DNA from: an uncultured Lachnospiraceae bacterium
GTDB taxonomy: Bacteria > Bacillota > Clostridia > Lachnospirales > Lachnospiraceae
Assembly (NCBI GenBank): GCA_934292725.1
Contig: CAKQXY010000001.1
Location: 105,728 to 169,727 of the forward strand
Reading direction: 5' to 3'
Length of the DNA: 64,000 bases
The notes beneath the pieces were generated by a model. The model was not told the DNA's origin, did no database searches, and saw only the letters and a list, made by a program, of their open reading frames with translations. How positions within the stretch are numbered: the stretch's first letter is position 1; every line of letters begins with the position of its first letter. Shown in pieces: positions 61,506-64,000 of this stretch. Position numbers and translations under genes: made by a program.

Positions 61506-62876
61506 TTATGTTCTTTTATAAGTACACTTTTGGGTCTTGTTCATCCACACAAAGAATCCTATATTTAAGGCAATTCCAAAAATCGTTGCCACTGGCGCTG
61601 CAAATCCAATGTTTGTAAGACTTGCATTTGGCTGAATACTCATGTAATATGCCAGTGGAAGGCGAACAAGTAATGTCTGGATCAGTCCCTGTGCCATTAC
61701 CCACATCGTCTGATCGTGTCCGTTAAAATAGCCAATCATGCTAAACAATATAGCGGTAACAATTGTCTCCAGTGCGAAACCTTTAAGATAATCATATCCT
61801 TTTTGTACAACATTGGCGTCTGTTGTAAATATTCCTGTTAAAAGATCTCCCTTAAAAAGAACAATGACAAACACAACTGCTCCAATCAAAACACCGACAC
61901 CTATTCCAGTAAACATTGTGCTTTTCGCTCTTTTTTCGTTTCCTGCTCCAACATTTTGTGATACAAATGATGCCATGGACTGCATTAAGGAGCTTGGAAT
62001 TAACATAGCAAAATTTACAATTTTACATGCAACGCCATATCCAGATGAGGCCTCTAATCCCAAACGATTGACAAATGCACAAAGTGCTAGGAATGAAATC
62101 TGAGTCAAACATTCCTGAAGTGCTAGTGGAAGACCAATTTTTAATGCACGCTTACACTGACTGTTAATTTTAAAATCAGCTTTTGTAATTTTAAATGGAA
62201 GCTTCTTTTTCATCAGCATCCATAGTGCAAACACAACACTTACAGCCTGTGCTGCTACAGTCGCAATCGCTGCACCTTCCGCATCCATACGAAAGCCTGC
62301 TACTAGTATTAAATCTCCTGCAATATTAATAACACATGCAACTGCAACAAATATCAATGGCGACTTACTGTCTCCAAGTCCTCTAAAAATAGCAGAAAGA
62401 ACATTATAGGCAACAATAAAGAAAATACCGCTTCCGCATATCTTTACATAAACAGATGTCAGACTTACTGCTTCCTCTGGTGCCTGCATCAATACGGCAA
62501 TAGGACGTGAAAACGCGATCATTATAACAAACAGCACTGCTGACATTACTGCAAATACAACTACAGAACCGCCAATCAGTGCACCAATTGACTGTGTCCT
62601 CTTCTCGCCAATATATCTGGCTATCAAAACAGTAATACCCATTGCGAACTGTGTTATCACAAACGTAACAAGATTTAATACCTGACTGCCAGTCGATACT
62701 GCTGAAAGACCAGATGTCGTTCCAAATCGTCCCACCACAAGAAGATCAACTGCGCCATATGCTGCCTGCAGCACAAGTGCACCAAGAATCGGAATCATAA
62801 ATGGAATTAATTTTCCAAGTATGCTTCCTTGCGTGAAATCTGCCTTATCATTTACTTTTTCTCTACTCAATGTCAA
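61506..62876 (-). CDS. MATE-family efflux transporter
   Basis: 12-TM protein with MATE topology; its start overlaps the end of the MarR gene. Confidence 0.8.
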   Translation of the reverse strand: MTLSREKVNDKADFTQGSILGKLIPFMIPILGALVLQAAYGAVDLLVVGRFGTTSGLSAVSTGSQVLNLVTFVITQFAMGITVLIARYIGEKRTQSIGALIGGSVVVFAVMSAVLFVIMIAFSRPIAVLMQAPEEAVSLTSVYVKICGSGIFFIVAYNVLSAIFRGLGDSKSPLIFVAVACVINIAGDLILVAGFRMDAEGAAIATVAAQAVSVVFALWMLMKKKLPFKITKADFKINSQCKRALKIGLPLALQECLTQISFLALCAFVNRLGLEASSGYGVACKIVNFAMLIPSSLMQSMASFVSQNVGAGNEKRAKSTMFTGIGVGVLIGAVVFVIVLFKGDLLTGIFTTDANVVQKGYDYLKGFALETIVTAILFSMIGYFNGHDQTMWVMAQGLIQTLLVRLPLAYYMSIQPNASLTNIGFAAPVATIFGIALNIGFFVWMNKTQKCTYKRT

Positions 62877-63312
62877 CTCTCCTTTCGCTCATGACCTGAT
62901 AAAATTTCTTTATTGTCTGAATCATACAATCTGCTTCCTCATCAGAAATAATGTCCAGATACGGAGCCAGTCTGCTGTAATAGTTTCTGTCGTACTTATC
63001 AGACAATTCTTCTCCACTTTTTGTAATCGCAATATACGTAACTCTCCCGTCTTCGTCTGAAGAAATCTTCTTGAGATATCCCTTCTCTTCCATAGCTTTT
63101 ACAGTCCTTGTGACACCCGGTCTTGGAAGATTTAACGCATCACTAATATCAGATACCTTCACATACTCTTTTGTTTTCTGCAGCGTATGAATAACATCAA
63201 GATATTGGATATATGCCGGACTAACACCATCTGGAAGCTTTGGAAGCAGTTCTCTGGTTCTTTTTGCCATATAGCAGGCATCAAGCATACGTTTTATTTT
63301 TTCAGAATCCAT
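62863..63312 (-). CDS. MarR-family transcriptional regulator, probably controlling the downstream MATE pump. The start is assigned to MDSEKIK, after a GGAGAAGG RBS
   Basis: Winged-helix MarR pattern (VSDISDALNLPRPGVTRTVKAMEEKGYL). Confidence 0.75.
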   Translation of the reverse strand: MDSEKIKRMLDACYMAKRTRELLPKLPDGVSPAYIQYLDVIHTLQKTKEYVKVSDISDALNLPRPGVTRTVKAMEEKGYLKKISSDEDGRVTYIAITKSGEELSDKYDRNYYSRLAPYLDIISDEEADCMIQTIKKFYQVMSERRVDIE

Positions 63313-63488
63313 GCCTTCTCCTTTCTTGTTTTGGCAGTCAATCATAGTAATCTTCTACATAATTACCATCGATAATCATTTTAGTTACCATTGGTAATTA
63401 TACAATAGTGTTTTTTCAGTGTCAAGCTGCTTTTTCATAATAAAAAACCAGGGGCAAATTGCTGCCCCCGGTCAAAAAAAGTACACGA

Positions 63489-64000
63489 TCAGTCATGTCT
63501 TTCTTCCATATTATCGTATGTTTCACAAAATCGTGCTGCAAAGGATGCTGGCTCATCTGCTGCATATAAATGAGACAGATCTCCAAAGGACTGCATACGA
63601 AAACTTGCAATACCTTCTCTTCTCTCCTCTGTGTACAATGTTGTCACAGAAGACGGTGCCGCTGCTGTCCCATGCCAAAGAACAACTGGTGATATTCCAA
63701 GCAAATGACCAAGCATCACGCACTCTACACCCAAATGGCAAAACAGCACAATCGTATCTCTGTTTGCATGCTCTGCACGATAATAGCCATTCTCTCTTGT
63801 ATATCCATGCTTTTTTAACAGCGAATCCAGACCATCATACACCCATGCTGATTCAGTATCTGCCTTTGCCTTTTTCATAAATGGTGTGTTCATCCACTGA
63901 TCCTTATCATAATATGCCGGCTCACTTGTCCAACGAGCAGGAAGCAAATCCCAGCAAACCTTATAAGTACCAGTATCCTCATCAATCGCCGGTGCCTCGA
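63489..64000 (-). CDS. Histidine-phosphatase (phosphoglycerate-mutase-like) family protein; partial, with its 5' end beyond the window
   Basis: Conserved C-terminal histidine-phosphatase region (FCHLGV...LGHLLGISP); the reading frame is open to the window edge. Confidence 0.5.
   Translation of the reverse strand, partial: EAPAIDEDTGTYKVCWDLLPARWTSEPAYYDKDQWMNTPFMKKAKADTESAWVYDGLDSLLKKHGYTRENGYYRAEHANRDTIVLFCHLGVECVMLGHLLGISPVVLWHGTAAAPSSVTTLYTEERREGIASFRMQSFGDLSHLYAADEPASFAARFCETYDNMEERHD

Noticed and set aside
1-64000. CRISPR arrays, rRNA and tRNA genes
   Set aside because: I scanned for regularly spaced short direct repeats and for tRNA-like cloverleaf regions in the intergenic gaps and found none. 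The long intergenic gaps are explained by promoters, terminators or the elements described above.

Overview
This 64-kb window looks like a low-GC Firmicutes (Clostridia, probably Lachnospiraceae-like) chromosome; that call rests on gene content and on two conserved gene orders: comEA/comEC-holA-rpsT-gpr and rng-rplU-prp-rpmA-obg-yhbY-yqeK-rsfS. Most of it is housekeeping: ribosomal proteins L21/L27/S20, Obg, RNase G, LexA, TtcA, PepT, a radical-SAM pair, holA, comEC/comEA, argJBD and argG, phosphoketolase, sbcCD, a CoA-transferase, MATE pumps, and AraC and MarR regulators. Several things are not explained by ordinary annotation. (1) A ~170-bp conserved element occurs twice at ~88% identity (4446-4617 and 20988-21168), each copy with a 6-bp closing helix (AAGCCC...GGGCUU) enclosing a 133-nt core. 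(2) A three-gene operon on the minus strand encodes a MoxR-type AAA+ ATPase, a coiled-coil vWA protein and a 706-aa uncharacterised protein; this resembles a vWA-MoxR-VMAP ternary system and is the best candidate in this window for an undescribed system. (3) A 192-aa catalytic-core-only tyrosine recombinase sits next to an AT-rich region holding a perfect 12+4+12 palindrome and a gene for an RHH/coiled-coil protein. (4) nadD is absent from the obg-yhbY-(nadD)-yqeK-rsfS operon and a 400-bp non-coding spacer with a ~25-bp-arm hairpin takes its place. (5) The comEA...comEC operon carries an inserted response regulator, histidine kinase and lipoprotein. (6) Tandem paralogous secreted proteins lie at the window start, one of them frameshifted. 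(7) ~24-40-bp direct repeats flank a DIP1984-family gene. No CRISPR array, rRNA or tRNA was seen. All calls come from reading the ORF translations and the raw sequence; nothing was checked against a database.
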